This document shows, piece after piece, positions 8,948 through 19,622 of a stretch of 64,000 nucleotides of DNA (position 1 is the first letter of the stretch; each line of letters starts with the position of its first letter). The stretch is from an uncultured OM182 clade bacterium (GTDB taxonomy: Bacteria > Pseudomonadota > Gammaproteobacteria > Pseudomonadales > Azotimanducaceae): assembly GCA_902567095.1 (NCBI GenBank), contig CACFLG010000005.1:1267-65266 (forward strand), given 5' to 3'. Both the position numbers and the translations under genes were made by a program. The notes under the pieces were generated by a model. It saw only the letters and a program-made list of their open reading frames with translations, was not told the DNA's origin and made no database searches.

Positions 8948-11485
8948 ATGAAACGAATGCTAATAAATGCAACCCATGAAGAAGAACTAAGGGTTGCTAT
9001 GGTCGACGGCCAAAAACTATATGATCTGGATATCGAAAAAAGGATCCGGGTTCAAAAAAAATCGAATATATATAAGGCAAGAGTCACTCGTGTCGAACCT
9101 AGCCTAGAAGCAGCCTTCGTCGACTATGGGGGGAATCGCCACGGATTCCTTCCCCTCAAAGAAATATCTAGAGAATACTTCAGTGTTCAGCCAAGCAGTA
9201 TTCGAGGAAAGATTAATATCCAAGATGTAATCAAGGAAAACCAGGAACTGATAGTACAAGTAGATAAAGAAGAGAGGGGGTCCAAGGGTGCTGCCCTTAC
9301 AACTATGCTGTCTCTTGCCGGCCGATACCTAGTTTTAATGCCTAATAACTCTCGCGCTGGAGGCATATCCAGAAGAATAGAAGGAGAAGAGCGCCAGGCA
9401 TTAAAGGAATCTATGTCACACTTAAATATCCCAAAAAACATGGGCGTCATCATTCGCACGGCAGGGGTTGACAGAAATGCTGAGGAACTCCAATGGGACC
9501 TTGACTACTTGTTAAACGTACATAACGCGATTACTAAAGCATCGGAAGAAAAAAAGGCCCCTTTTTTGATTTACCAAGAAAGCGACGTAATTACGCGCGC
9601 AGTGAGGGATTATTTAAAAGATGATATTGGAGAAATTCAACTGGATACGGTTGAAGCTTTTGACCAAGCTAATCAATTTATTGAACAAGTAATGCCGCAT
9701 TTCAAACCTAAGTTGAAGATGTACTCTAGCGATGTGCCGCTGTTTAATAGGTATCAAATAGAAAGCCAGATCGAAACCGCCTTTAACAGAGAAGTCAGAT
9801 TGCCCTCGGGTGGCTCACTAGTAATAGATCCTACCGAAGCTTTAGTATCAATTGATATTAATTCCTCCAGAGCTACCAGAGGAGCAGATATTGAAGATAC
9901 CGCGTTGAATACTAATCTTGAAGCTGCTACGGAGATATGCAGGCAATTGAGGCTCAGAGATATTGGTGGTTTAGTGGTCATAGATTTTATCGACATGATA
10001 TCACCTAAGAATCAAAGAATGATCGAAAATCGAATGCGGGATGAGCTTCAAATTGATAGAGCTCGAGTTCAGGTTGGCAGGATTTCTCAATTTGGTCTCT
10101 TAGAAATGTCGCGCCAAAGGCTGCGCCCCTCTTTGGGAGAAACGAGCGGTGTAGTCTGCCCTAGATGCGATGGTTTGGGGAGTATAAGAGATGTTGAATC
10201 ATCAGCTTTAGCGGTTCTTAGAATGGTTGAAGAAGAAGCTTTAAAAGAGACCAGCTCAGAAATTAGAGCGTTTTTACCCATAAGTGTTTCATCATTTGTC
10301 CTAAACGAAAAAAGAAAGATGCTTTTAGACATCGAACAAAGAAACAAGGTCTCTGTCGTTGTGGTGCCCGATCCTCAGTTAGATACACCCCATTATAGGG
10401 TTGAGCGTATACGATCCCAGGACTCAGAGGGAGACTTACCCCTCTCATATGAGATGAAACAACAAAAAGAAGAAGAAAATCAGACAACTAAGAGAACAAG
10501 TGAACCCGTAGTTGAAGAAGCAGCAGTAAAAAAAGTGGACCAAACACCTCGCTCTCGAGGGAATAGACAAGCAAAACAAGATGGAGAGGGATTTTTAAAA
10601 TGGCTTGTAAAACTTTTTCTTGGCTTCGAGAGGAAACCATCAAGGTCCAATGATGGGAACAAAAGGAGGGATAGGAACGTCAGAACTAGGCGATCCAATC
10701 CTCTAGATCGAGCTCGAAAAAGCAACCAAGCTAGCTCCCAATCAAACGGAGAGAGAAATAAAAGGGCTCGAAAAGCAGGGCCAGATGAAGAAAAGAAAAC
10801 TAGGAACAAGGATTTTTCCAGTACTGACCAAGTTCATGAATTAAAACCCAAATCAAGGAAAGCGCCCGAACAAGACGCGAGCAAGAGGAGGTCTCCTGGC
10901 TCTAGTTCGTCGAAGGAACTTGATAAAAACAAGCGAATAAAAGACCTTGATCTCGACAAACGCGCACGAGGGGGCAGAAAATCTCGAAATATCGATAGCG
11001 AGGAACTGGTAAATCTAGACGATAATACAAATGAAGAATCAGTCAGAGAGGAAAAAATTACTGGCCGTGAATTGCCTGTCCCGACTTCCGGTTTTGAGTC
11101 TGTGCAACCAAATCCGTCAGCAGATGGCGGACTCCAAGCAGCTAATAGCGATTCAACAGTCTCACCCTCCGACGCAGACGATGAAGTTGGTAATGAAGAA
11201 GATATAAATGAATCAATACCGCTAGAGCATTCTGAAATGAACCCAAGCACTGAAAGTAGGACTTCGGCAAGCCAAAGCACAGAGTTCAAACCGTTTGAAG
11301 CTGCGAGAGCGCCTAATGACCCTAGGTTAAACCCAAGAGAAATTCCCCAGGGCCCGGTATTACAGAACGCTCCTAGAATATTAGTGGAGTCTTACCTAGC
11401 TGCTGAAAAAAGAGTTATTTTAGAGAGTCACCCGAGCCAACTGGGGCGTGTCAATAATGACCCGAGGAGAGCTAGCGGCAGTTAA
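8948..11485 (+). CDS. rne: Ribonuclease E
   Basis: [10 protein letters not shown]1 domain, IDINS, DFIDM, CPRC Zn-link; amphipathic membrane helix (FLKWLVKLF); disordered C-terminal half. Confidence 0.97.
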   Translation: MKRMLINATHEEELRVAMVDGQKLYDLDIEKRIRVQKKSNIYKARVTRVEPSLEAAFVDYGGNRHGFLPLKEISREYFSVQPSSIRGKINIQDVIKENQELIVQVDKEERGSKGAALTTMLSLAGRYLVLMPNNSRAGGISRRIEGEERQALKESMSHLNIPKNMGVIIRTAGVDRNAEELQWDLDYLLNVHNAITKASEEKKAPFLIYQESDVITRAVRDYLKDDIGEIQLDTVEAFDQANQFIEQVMPHFKPKLKMYSSDVPLFNRYQIESQIETAFNREVRLPSGGSLVIDPTEALVSIDINSSRATRGADIEDTALNTNLEAATEICRQLRLRDIGGLVVIDFIDMISPKNQRMIENRMRDELQIDRARVQVGRISQFGLLEMSRQRLRPSLGETSGVVCPRCDGLGSIRDVESSALAVLRMVEEEALKETSSEIRAFLPISVSSFVLNEKRKMLLDIEQRNKVSVVVVPDPQLDTPHYRVERIRSQDSEGDLPLSYEMKQQKEEENQTTKRTSEPVVEEAAVKKVDQTPRSRGNRQAKQDGEGFLKWLVKLFLGFERKPSRSNDGNKRRDRNVRTRRSNPLDRARKSNQASSQSNGERNKRARKAGPDEEKKTRNKDFSSTDQVHELKPKSRKAPEQDASKRRSPGSSSSKELDKNKRIKDLDLDKRARGGRKSRNIDSEELVNLDDNTNEESVREEKITGRELPVPTSGFESVQPNPSADGGLQAANSDSTVSPSDADDEVGNEEDINESIPLEHSEMNPSTESRTSASQSTEFKPFEAARAPNDPRLNPREIPQGPVLQNAPRILVESYLAAEKRVILESHPSQLGRVNNDPRRASGS

Positions 11486-11530
11486 TATAGTTATAAGTCC
11501 TCATCGCCCCAGATGCTTTTTAGGAAAGCG

Positions 11531-12529
11531 CTAGATTGGCTGCTCGGGGAGGACCTCGGGCTCTATCTCAAGGCTCACATCATAGGCACTATGAACACGC
11601 GTCTTAATAAGCTTAGATAATTTTTTTAGGTCATCAAATGTTCCTGCCGAATGATTGATTATCACGAGAGCGTGTTGTCGAGAGATAGAGACCCCTCCTA
11701 TTGACTGACCCTTTAGGTCCAAAGAATCGATAAGCCAAGCTGCAGAAAGCTTGATACCATGCCGATAAACATATCCTGGAATGTTTGGAAATTGGCTTTC
11801 GAGAATCTTATATTTTTCAGCTGTAACAACAGGGTTTTTAAAAAAACTTCCAACATTAGGAAATCGTCTTAAGTCCGGTAATTTTCTCTTTCTAGCAACA
11901 CAAACAGCGCGGTAAATTGTTCCTGAACTCATTTCTAAATTATGTTTTTCAAGATATATCCTGACGTCGGGATACTCCCAAACTAGTTCATTTCCTGAGG
12001 AAATAGTTATGCTCGTAACACACCATTCTTTTTCTTTTTTGAACTTGCTATCGCGATAGGAAAACTCGCAATCCGTGTTTGAGAAAGTTACGGTTTCGCT
12101 AGTAAAAAGATTGAGAGCCTCTACAGATTTTAATCTGTCACTCAGCTCTACTCCATATGCGCCAATATTTTGAATCGGTGCCGCCCCAACGGTCCCAGGA
12201 ATCAGCCCTAAATTCTCTAACCCTTGAAAGCCCTTTAAATCACAAGACCTAACTAACTCTTCCCAATTTTCTCCCGAAGAGGCTTTGAGCTGATTTTCAG
12301 AAAAAGTTCTTCCTCTTAAATTATTTTTAATAACCAGGCCATCTATATGAGTGCCTAAAATCAGGTTTGTTCCTGAACCTAAAACAAATACATCCAGAGA
12401 TCTATCTTTCGCAAATGCAACCGCCTCAGACAATTCCTCAATATTAAATGCCTCACAGAACCAACGCGCCGTGGAGTTAAGTCCGAAGCTATTTAGCTTC
12501 CTCAAGGAAAAACTCTCCTGAAACCTCAA
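11531..12529 (-). CDS. murB: UDP-N-acetylenolpyruvoylglucosamine reductase
   Basis: GSGTNL, IPGTVGAAPIQNIGAYG, PNVGSFFKNP, HALVIIN. Confidence 0.95.
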   Translation of the reverse strand: MRFQESFSLRKLNSFGLNSTARWFCEAFNIEELSEAVAFAKDRSLDVFVLGSGTNLILGTHIDGLVIKNNLRGRTFSENQLKASSGENWEELVRSCDLKGFQGLENLGLIPGTVGAAPIQNIGAYGVELSDRLKSVEALNLFTSETVTFSNTDCEFSYRDSKFKKEKEWCVTSITISSGNELVWEYPDVRIYLEKHNLEMSSGTIYRAVCVARKRKLPDLRRFPNVGSFFKNPVVTAEKYKILESQFPNIPGYVYRHGIKLSAAWLIDSLDLKGQSIGGVSISRQHALVIINHSAGTFDDLKKLSKLIKTRVHSAYDVSLEIEPEVLPEQPI

Positions 12530-12608
12530 ATATTCCTCTCTCTAGACTGGAAGATGATCACGTAACGAAAAAAAGTATACAATACAACCCGTTAAAGAGG
12601 AGCTAAAA

Positions 12609-13379
12609 ATGGAATTGAAAGAGAAAATTGCGTTCATTACGGGTGGAGCTTCAGGCTTAGGTAAGGCCACTGCAGAATATTTTATAGCCGCTGGAGCAAA
12701 AGTAATGCTTTTTGATCTGAGCCCTGAGAACGCAGAGGTCGCAGCGCAAGAGCTTGGAGAGAACGCTGATTGGTCGTCTGGTGATGTCTCTAATGAAAGT
12801 GACGTAAACCAAGCCATACTCAAAACAAAAGAACGTTTTGGAGGTTTGCATATTAATATCAATAGTGCTGGCATAGGAGCAGCAGCCAGGACGCTCGGAA
12901 AAAACGGGCCTATGGCAATCCAACAATTTGAGTTTGTAATCAAAGTAAACCTCTTAGGCACGTTCAATTGCTTGCGGCTATGCGCCGCTGAGATGAAAAA
13001 TAATGAACAAAAAACAGAGGACGGCGAAAAAGGCGTCATTGTAAATGTAGCCTCGGTAGCGGCCTTTGATGGCCAAATAGGACAGGCAGCCTACAGCGCG
13101 TCCAAAGCAGGCGTTGCGGGCATGACACTGCCTATTGCGAGAGATTTAGGAAGAGACGGTATCAGAGTCGCGACCATTGCTCCCGGTATTTTTGAAACAC
13201 CCATGATGAAATCTGCTCCACCGCAAGTTCGTGAACCCTTAGTAGAGATGACTCAATTTCCGAAACGCCTAGGCAACCCAGTAGAATTCGCTGAGACAGC
13301 AGCGCACATCGTAAGATGCAGCTACATAAATGGCGAAGTAATCCGTCTCGATGGAGGAATCCGAATGGCTCCAAAATAA
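12609..13379 (+). CDS. SDR, 3-hydroxyacyl-CoA dehydrogenase type II (HSD17B10-like)
   Basis: TGGASGLG, ASVAAFDGQIGQAAYSASK, MTLPIARDL, IRLDGGIRM. Confidence 0.88.
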   Translation: MELKEKIAFITGGASGLGKATAEYFIAAGAKVMLFDLSPENAEVAAQELGENADWSSGDVSNESDVNQAILKTKERFGGLHININSAGIGAAARTLGKNGPMAIQQFEFVIKVNLLGTFNCLRLCAAEMKNNEQKTEDGEKGVIVNVASVAAFDGQIGQAAYSASKAGVAGMTLPIARDLGRDGIRVATIAPGIFETPMMKSAPPQVREPLVEMTQFPKRLGNPVEFAETAAHIVRCSYINGEVIRLDGGIRMAPK

Positions 13380-13398
13380 AGGTTAACCAGACATCAAC

Positions 13399-13920
13399 TC
13401 AAAACTTTGAGGTTGAAATCATAGCTATTACCTCTGAAAAGTATCGGTCAGCCAAATGAACTATCTCTTGATCGCTTCGATCCTGTATGGGATGTTCAAC
13501 AAACACCTTAAAAGGATCAAAGCCAAGTGACAAGGCCTGAGCTTGGGCTGCATCTACGAATTCAGAGGAAGCTACAAAGCCTCCAGGCACGCCTCTGCTA
13601 TCTAGGTCCATAATGTCATGCAAACTGCACGACGTGCACGAACCTCAGTCTGCCAGAGCCTCAATCACCGCGTCGCAACTTGCTGCGATTTCATTCTTAA
13701 GCTCTATCGGAGCTACTCGAGTGAACGTAGGCTTAGAGAATCTCCTTACTCCAATTCCCTTCTCATGAAGCCTGTTCGCTATTCTATCTAAGAAAAAATC
13801 TCCCTTAGGTTTCGAGATATCCAAAAGCCCTACGGTCTTTTTTTGAAGATTATTCAATCGTTTTAAAGGAAGTCTTTTCGAAGATTTCTGTTCACTCGTG
13901 GGATCAAGTAGATTAGTCAT
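13399..13920 (-). CDS. UGSC-motif selenoprotein (173 aa with Sec read-through at TGA 13645-13647)
   Basis: The two ORF-track pieces are in one frame: ...EALAD-TGA-GSCTSCSLHD... SECIS-like hairpin GTCGTGCA-GTT-TGCATGAC follows the UGA. selA, selB and selC are in the window. Confidence 0.85.
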
Positions 13921-13929
13921 ATCATTCTC

Positions 13930-15345
13930 TCATGCAATTTTTCTCGTGACCGGGGCGCTTCCGACCTTGCCGCTCGCACCCCAGCCGGCAATAATGGCGG
14001 AAAACATACCTGCCTTGCCGCCCGCCCGAACGATCAGTAAACCACCGTCACGGAATTTCGGGATCTGTTTGGACTTGAATCTTAAAGGGAGACCTTCAGA
14101 TATTCCATCAGCGCCTGCAACTAATTCCTCTCCCGAGACGATCAAAAGTCCTCCCAGTCTATTTTTCAAATCAGCCTTTGTCCAACCAGCGAGGCGAAAA
14201 ACTCGCTCGTGTTCGGGCGAGACCACCAGTATAGCATCGGATGCCAATGCTAGTTTTGGGTGTCCGACTGATCTAAGCCCAGCAGCAAAAGTTCTGCTTA
14301 AAGATTCAGGATCTCGCGATTTTTGGTCTACAATTGCTTGAACTCCATCTGCGGCGAATAAAGTGACTGAGGAGCACCCTGGCGCTATCCCCCGTTCTTG
14401 CGCTAATGGTTCCCAATAGGAGCCGTCTTCGTCCTCAGCAAAACAAAAGCCAACCTTCCCCGGCGTACCGAAAGCTGAACGATCGACCTCTTGGGGCTTG
14501 CCGCCTCCTACATTTCGAATAACTAGCTGTAAAGCTCGTCCTATAGTTGAGTTAGCCCTATTGCCCTGACCTAAAACATTGCCCTGAGAATTCATGCCTA
14601 TCTCTCGAGCTATCGGCCCGTTTACTATAATCAAGGGCCCCGAGAAGTAAGTGGTGGCTAACAAACCATGCATACAAAACTCATCTTGTAACGCGGCCTC
14701 AACCGAGGCAATAACCACAGGCAAATATTGCGGGAGACACCCCGCTAAAACTGCGTTTATCGCAATTTTTTCAACCGAGCATTCAACCAGGTTTGGAGGA
14801 ATCACCCCAATAATATCTTGAGGATGGCGAGTAGTTCCTGAAAGCATTCTCAGGACTCTTTCTTTTGTAGGGGGGACAACTGGGAGCCCATCAGACCAAC
14901 CTCTAGAATAGCAAGCTTCAATTTCATCCTCATGTTCGGCGAGAGAAATGTCTCTTGATTTGATTACCTTGTCACCATACTTTGCGGCAAGCTTTTCCGG
15001 CATCCCTGGCGCCAAGGTATCTGAACCACAGCCTGGTTTATACTTGACCATCTTTTCGGGGATCTCGATTTGAAGGAACTCTGCCCATTCCTCTGAATTC
15101 CAACCCTCAATTCGATCTAATTCTTTTCCGTCTTTGCCGTAGCTTATTAACGTTGGCACTATCTCGATACTCGCTTCCCATGAACGTCGCAACCCCAAAT
15201 CTTCTCTTACCTCCAGACCTTGAGAAAAAGAAGAACCGTCCTGACAGAGAATTTCGGCGCTGTTTTTTTTTAGAAAGCTTTCAAGGATAGGCGCAACTAA
15301 CTTGCAGGTCTCACAGCCTTGTTTTAGAAAGACTACCAAGCTCAA
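13930..15345 (-). CDS. Thioredoxin-like (CETC) domain fused to an uncharacterised 'DGLPVVPPT' domain; UGSC partner
   Basis: N-terminal KQGCETC...IEIVPTLI, then GWSDGLPVVPPT, EKIAINAVLAGC, GNRANSTIGRAL, GTPGK. Confidence 0.75.
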   Translation of the reverse strand: MSLVVFLKQGCETCKLVAPILESFLKKNSAEILCQDGSSFSQGLEVREDLGLRRSWEASIEIVPTLISYGKDGKELDRIEGWNSEEWAEFLQIEIPEKMVKYKPGCGSDTLAPGMPEKLAAKYGDKVIKSRDISLAEHEDEIEACYSRGWSDGLPVVPPTKERVLRMLSGTTRHPQDIIGVIPPNLVECSVEKIAINAVLAGCLPQYLPVVIASVEAALQDEFCMHGLLATTYFSGPLIIVNGPIAREIGMNSQGNVLGQGNRANSTIGRALQLVIRNVGGGKPQEVDRSAFGTPGKVGFCFAEDEDGSYWEPLAQERGIAPGCSSVTLFAADGVQAIVDQKSRDPESLSRTFAAGLRSVGHPKLALASDAILVVSPEHERVFRLAGWTKADLKNRLGGLLIVSGEELVAGADGISEGLPLRFKSKQIPKFRDGGLLIVRAGGKAGMFSAIIAGWGASGKVGSAPVTRKIA

Positions 15346-15346
15346 C

Positions 15347-16105
15347 TTATTCTTCCTCTCTCAACTGATAATCAACTCTCTTAGCATCTTCAAGGGTATC
15401 CACTCCTGGAGGAGAGCTGATCAAGGCTTCGACAACTTTTATGCTCATCCCGCAAACCAACATCCTGAGCTGCTCTAGTTTTTCTATTAATTCTAGATCA
15501 CAGGGTTCGTGCTTCACATAACTTTTTAGTTTTCTAAAAGTATAAGCGTAAATTCCGATATGCCGAAGGTGCTCCGAACTAAAAAGGTCGTTTGTGCTAG
15601 GAGGTGAAGCTTTGGGGTCGCAAGGGATCGGTGCTCTGGAAAAATACAAGGCCCTGTGCTTTTGATCCCGCACCACTTTCACGACATTATTATTAATAAA
15701 ATCTTCGACGGATTTAATCCTCTCGCACAAGGTAACCACTTCGTTCTCTTGATTTATCTCGGCCGCAACCTGTTGAATTGAACGGGGCGGGATTTGAGGC
15801 TCATCTCCCTGGACATTGACGATAATATCATTCTCACCAAGATCTAAAATCGTCGCAGCTTCACAAACTCTCTCAGTTCCAGAAAGATGATCCGGAGACG
15901 TCATAATCCCTTCGCCGCCGAAACCTATGACTTCCTGAAGTATTTCTCTATTATCCGTGGCTACCACGACTCTTGCAGCTCCACTTTCTTGCGCTTTCAA
16001 ATAAACACGCTCTATCATAGTCAATCCATCTAACTTAATTAGAGGCTTCCCGGGTAATCTAGTCGATCCGTATCTTGCCGGGATTATCACATTGAACGCA
16101 GTTAT
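15347..16105 (-). CDS. kdsB: CMP-KDO synthetase (start uncertain: ATA at 16105 or GTG at 16090)
   Basis: IIPARYGSTRLPGKPL, SGTERV, NVQGDEP, HIGIYAY, EKLEQLR. Confidence 0.95.
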   Translation of the reverse strand: MTAFNVIIPARYGSTRLPGKPLIKLDGLTMIERVYLKAQESGAARVVVATDNREILQEVIGFGGEGIMTSPDHLSGTERVCEAATILDLGENDIIVNVQGDEPQIPPRSIQQVAAEINQENEVVTLCERIKSVEDFINNNVVKVVRDQKHRALYFSRAPIPCDPKASPPSTNDLFSSEHLRHIGIYAYTFRKLKSYVKHEPCDLELIEKLEQLRMLVCGMSIKVVEALISSPPGVDTLEDAKRVDYQLREEE

Positions 16106-16281
16106 TTCTCTATCTCCAATTTTCTTGCCAGCTCAGGAATCATGATCGGGATATCATCTTCGATGGGAAACGCCAATTTGTCGACAAAACAAATCAATTC
16201 ATGACTATCTTGTTGATAGGTTAGATTCCCTTTGCATATAGGACAAACTAATATATCTAAGAGAGTCTTTTCTAGTGCCAT
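16102..16281 (-). CDS. ycaR: Trm112-family protein YcaR
   Basis: LLDILVCPICKG...AFPIEDDIPIM; lies between lpxK and kdsB. Start set at MALEK. Confidence 0.9.
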   Translation of the reverse strand: MALEKTLLDILVCPICKGNLTYQQDSHELICFVDKLAFPIEDDIPIMIPELARKLEIEK

Positions 16282-16297
16282 GTTTTTAAAACCTTCT

Positions 16298-19159
16298 TTA
16301 TACAAGCATCCTGGTTACTCGATCCATTACTTCCTCTTGAACGATGGCCTCAACTTCCAAGTACCAGATTTTTTCCTTATTTATATTCAGATACTTAACC
16401 TTGACTGCGTCTTTCTCCGTTAATAATACCACTTCGTCATCAAATGAGAGGTCCGCTTCATTAAACGAGTAATGATCTGGATATTCGATTGACCGATAAT
16501 TATATCCTAGTTGATTCAAGGTCGACCAAAAACGGTTGGCGTTACCCAATGCAGCCATTGCGGTCAATTGGACCCCTTTCAAAGCGTCAACTTCTCTCTC
16601 TTCACCAGACCCGAGGTTTACAAGTCGAGTGGGCACAACATCAAGGGTAAACGGCTCTTTGTCCAGAGAAATCAATTTGCTAGAAATATTTCCATTAACC
16701 AAAACGAGGTCGATTGTTTTAATCCTTGAAATTGGTTCTCGCAACGGACCAGCGGGGAGACAAAAACCGTTTCCAAATCCCCTTTCCCCATCAACGATCA
16801 GAATTTCGAAGTCTCTGTCAAGCTTATAATGCTGCAGCCCATCGTCGCTAATTATCAAATCAACTTGGTGGTTCGCTAATAGAGTTTTGGCTGCTCGAAC
16901 TCGATCTGGATCTACAACTACGGGGACTGAAGTTCTTCGTCTTATCAAATAAGGTTCGTCTCCTGACATATAAGAACCAGTGGCATCAGACATGTCTAAC
17001 GGATAAGAATCTGCGTTACCGCCGTAACCTCTCGAGATAACTCCCGGTCGATATCCAATACTCTTCAGATGTTTTACCAGCGACACAACGAATGGTGTTT
17101 TCCCGGTTCCGCCCACTGTTAAGTTGCCAACAACAATAACTGGGACTTGAGAACTCCATTTAGAGCTTAGACGGAGGTGAAGTTTTCTCAGAAAAAAACT
17201 GGCTCGATAAAGAGCCTCCAACGGTCTAAGCAGATATAACCACCCAGCATCAGAGTACCAAGCATTGACTATTCTAGAGGTCTCGATTGGCAAATTGGGA
17301 GAATTCCAGGAAACAGTTCTGTCTCTATTGTTTTCGGGCATACGAGAAACATTTTTGCTTTTTTTAGGCGTCCAATCGTCGGCCTGATGAAGCCTCGCAT
17401 AAGCTCCGCCCGCTTCTAACAAGTCTTGATGCGTACCCTCCTCCGCTACCCTGCCCTGATCCAGAACAAAAATTCTATCCGCCATTTCGATGGTTGATAG
17501 TCTATGGGCAATAACAAATGTCGTTCTGCCTTTAACTACCGCTCCCAAAGCGGATCTTATTGATTTTTCTGACTCAGTGTCTAGAGCCGAAGTCGCCTCG
17601 TCTAATATCAAAACTGGTGCATCTTTTAAAAAAGCTCTTGCTATGGCTATCCTCTGCCTCTGGCCTCCAGAAAGCATGACCCCATTATCCCCTACGACCG
17701 TGTCGAGACCATCGGGCATCTGGACAATAAATTCCCAAGCAAATGATTTTTTTGCAGCTTCTTCGACTTGTTCGCGGGACGACTTTTTTAGAGATCCATA
17801 TCGGATATTGTTTAATATCGAATCGTTAAACAGTACAACTTGTTGACTCACGATGGAGATATGGTCTCTGAGACCAGTCAGTGCGAAATTCTGCAAAGGT
17901 TCATTATCCAATAATATCTGACCTGATGTGACCTCATAAAAGCGAGGGATCAGACTAACAAGGGTGCTCTTACCGCTACCCGATTTTCCAACTAGAGCAA
18001 CTGTTTCCCCTGGTTTCGCATAAAGGCTGATATTCTGGAGGACTCTGCTAGCTTCTTGCTGATAGCCAAAGGACACATCTTTGAACTCAATCGACCCTTC
18101 TATTTCGTCCACCATCAACTTCCCGTCATCCTGCTCAGGAGTCTCATCAAAGACATCAAAGATATCCTCTGCGGCAGCCAGTCCTCTCTGAATTTTAGCC
18201 ACCACTTCGGATAAGTTTCGAATAGGCTTCGCCAGCAATCCGCCCGTTGTTATGAAAGCTATTACGGATCCCGCTGACATGTCAGCTAAAAAAATAGGGT
18301 CCAAAACTAACCAGACCAGACCAGCTAAGGATAGAGAAACCAAAAACTGAATCACTGGTGTCGCTAATGAGGCAGTCATTACCATTTTTATGGATTGCCG
18401 TCGATTATCGCCGCTTACAGTTTCAAATCTAGCGGTTTCAAACTCTTTTCCTCCAAATGTCCTGACCTCCCTATGACCTTGAATTGCTTCAGAGGCGACG
18501 TGGGTAATACCTCCTACAGACACCTGAATTCTTTCGCTGATCCGTCTAAACCTTTTGCCGGCGTACGTCACTAACAACCCAATAAGCGGAGCAACCAAAA
18601 CAAACAAAAGCGTGAGCTTCCAGTTTAGGTAAAGCAGCAAGGCCAAATAACCCAACACGGTAAAGCCTTCTCTAAGAATTATACGAACCGCATCCGTCGC
18701 CGCGTCAGTCACTTGGGAAACGTGATAGGTGACTTTAGATACTAGATGGCCCATTGCGTGCTTGTCATAGAAACTGCTTGGCAAGCTAAGAAGCCTTCCG
18801 AACAATTCACACCTCAGATTGTGCACCAGATTGTTTGCAACGAGCGCAATAAAATAGTTTCCAGAGAAGCTGCCCACTCCACGCAGGATAGCTATTAGGA
18901 TTATCCCCAAAGGGATAAGCACCCTATCAAGCTGATCTGCCGGGCCAAATATTTTTTCAAAGTAGACCTTAGCGCCGCTTCCAAATTCGGGCGTATTTTC
19001 CCCTAACGAGTCGACAATAAAGGCAATCAATTGAACAAAGCCAACGTTCGCCAGGGAGTAGAGTAGAAAACCAATCATGCTTAGCAAAAATGCGCCCCAA
19101 TAGGGAATGACATAAGCAAGCAAACGACTATAAATCCCCAAGTCTGAGCTCATATTCAT
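16298..19159 (-). CDS. msbA-lpxK: Fused lipid A flippase MsbA and tetraacyldisaccharide 4'-kinase LpxK
   Basis: ABC TMD and NBD (GKSGSGKST, LSGGQRQR, LILDEATS), then the LpxK motifs VGNLTVGGTGKTP, SRGYGG, GDEP, DDGLQHY, PAGPLRE and TEKDAVK, all in one 953-aa frame. Confidence 0.92.
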   Translation of the reverse strand: MNMSSDLGIYSRLLAYVIPYWGAFLLSMIGFLLYSLANVGFVQLIAFIVDSLGENTPEFGSGAKVYFEKIFGPADQLDRVLIPLGIILIAILRGVGSFSGNYFIALVANNLVHNLRCELFGRLLSLPSSFYDKHAMGHLVSKVTYHVSQVTDAATDAVRIILREGFTVLGYLALLLYLNWKLTLLFVLVAPLIGLLVTYAGKRFRRISERIQVSVGGITHVASEAIQGHREVRTFGGKEFETARFETVSGDNRRQSIKMVMTASLATPVIQFLVSLSLAGLVWLVLDPIFLADMSAGSVIAFITTGGLLAKPIRNLSEVVAKIQRGLAAAEDIFDVFDETPEQDDGKLMVDEIEGSIEFKDVSFGYQQEASRVLQNISLYAKPGETVALVGKSGSGKSTLVSLIPRFYEVTSGQILLDNEPLQNFALTGLRDHISIVSQQVVLFNDSILNNIRYGSLKKSSREQVEEAAKKSFAWEFIVQMPDGLDTVVGDNGVMLSGGQRQRIAIARAFLKDAPVLILDEATSALDTESEKSIRSALGAVVKGRTTFVIAHRLSTIEMADRIFVLDQGRVAEEGTHQDLLEAGGAYARLHQADDWTPKKSKNVSRMPENNRDRTVSWNSPNLPIETSRIVNAWYSDAGWLYLLRPLEALYRASFFLRKLHLRLSSKWSSQVPVIVVGNLTVGGTGKTPFVVSLVKHLKSIGYRPGVISRGYGGNADSYPLDMSDATGSYMSGDEPYLIRRRTSVPVVVDPDRVRAAKTLLANHQVDLIISDDGLQHYKLDRDFEILIVDGERGFGNGFCLPAGPLREPISRIKTIDLVLVNGNISSKLISLDKEPFTLDVVPTRLVNLGSGEEREVDALKGVQLTAMAALGNANRFWSTLNQLGYNYRSIEYPDHYSFNEADLSFDDEVVLLTEKDAVKVKYLNINKEKIWYLEVEAIVQEEVMDRVTRMLV

Positions 19160-19590
19160 GGTGACAGTTTTCCCTCATATGATGCTTTAAGAAAGACCCT
19201 TTCAAAACCAGATATTCGTGCGGCTTCTATTGCGAGGACAACGGATTTGTGCGGAGCTAGCTCGTCTGCTGCTATAACTAAATCTGAGGGTGAAAGCCCC
19301 CCGAGCTTCAATGATATAAGTGAAGAGAGCTCTCGAACATCCTCAAAAAATAGCAACTCTTGATCGAAGTAGAAACTACTGTCTTTTCTTATAACAAGCG
19401 TCAGCGTGGTTTTTTCTTGGTCAGCTAAACTCCTCCCTTCAGTGGTTGGAAGATCTACAATCAAATTTGCTTTAGACTGGAAAGTTGCCGGCACAACAAA
19501 GAAAATCAGCAACAGAAAAACCACGTCGATAAAGGGAGCAAGATTTATCTCGCTGGCTCTTCTTAATCTTCTAGAAAATTTCATCATCAT
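19156..19590 (-). CDS. exbD: ExbD/TolR family protein
   Basis: INLAPFIDVVFLLLIFF, IAAD. Confidence 0.85.
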   Translation of the reverse strand: MMMKFSRRLRRASEINLAPFIDVVFLLLIFFVVPATFQSKANLIVDLPTTEGRSLADQEKTTLTLVIRKDSSFYFDQELLFFEDVRELSSLISLKLGGLSPSDLVIAADELAPHKSVVLAIEAARISGFERVFLKASYEGKLSP

Positions 19591-19622
19591 TGCGCTTTTT
19601 TAATTAGTCTTGCGAAGAACTC

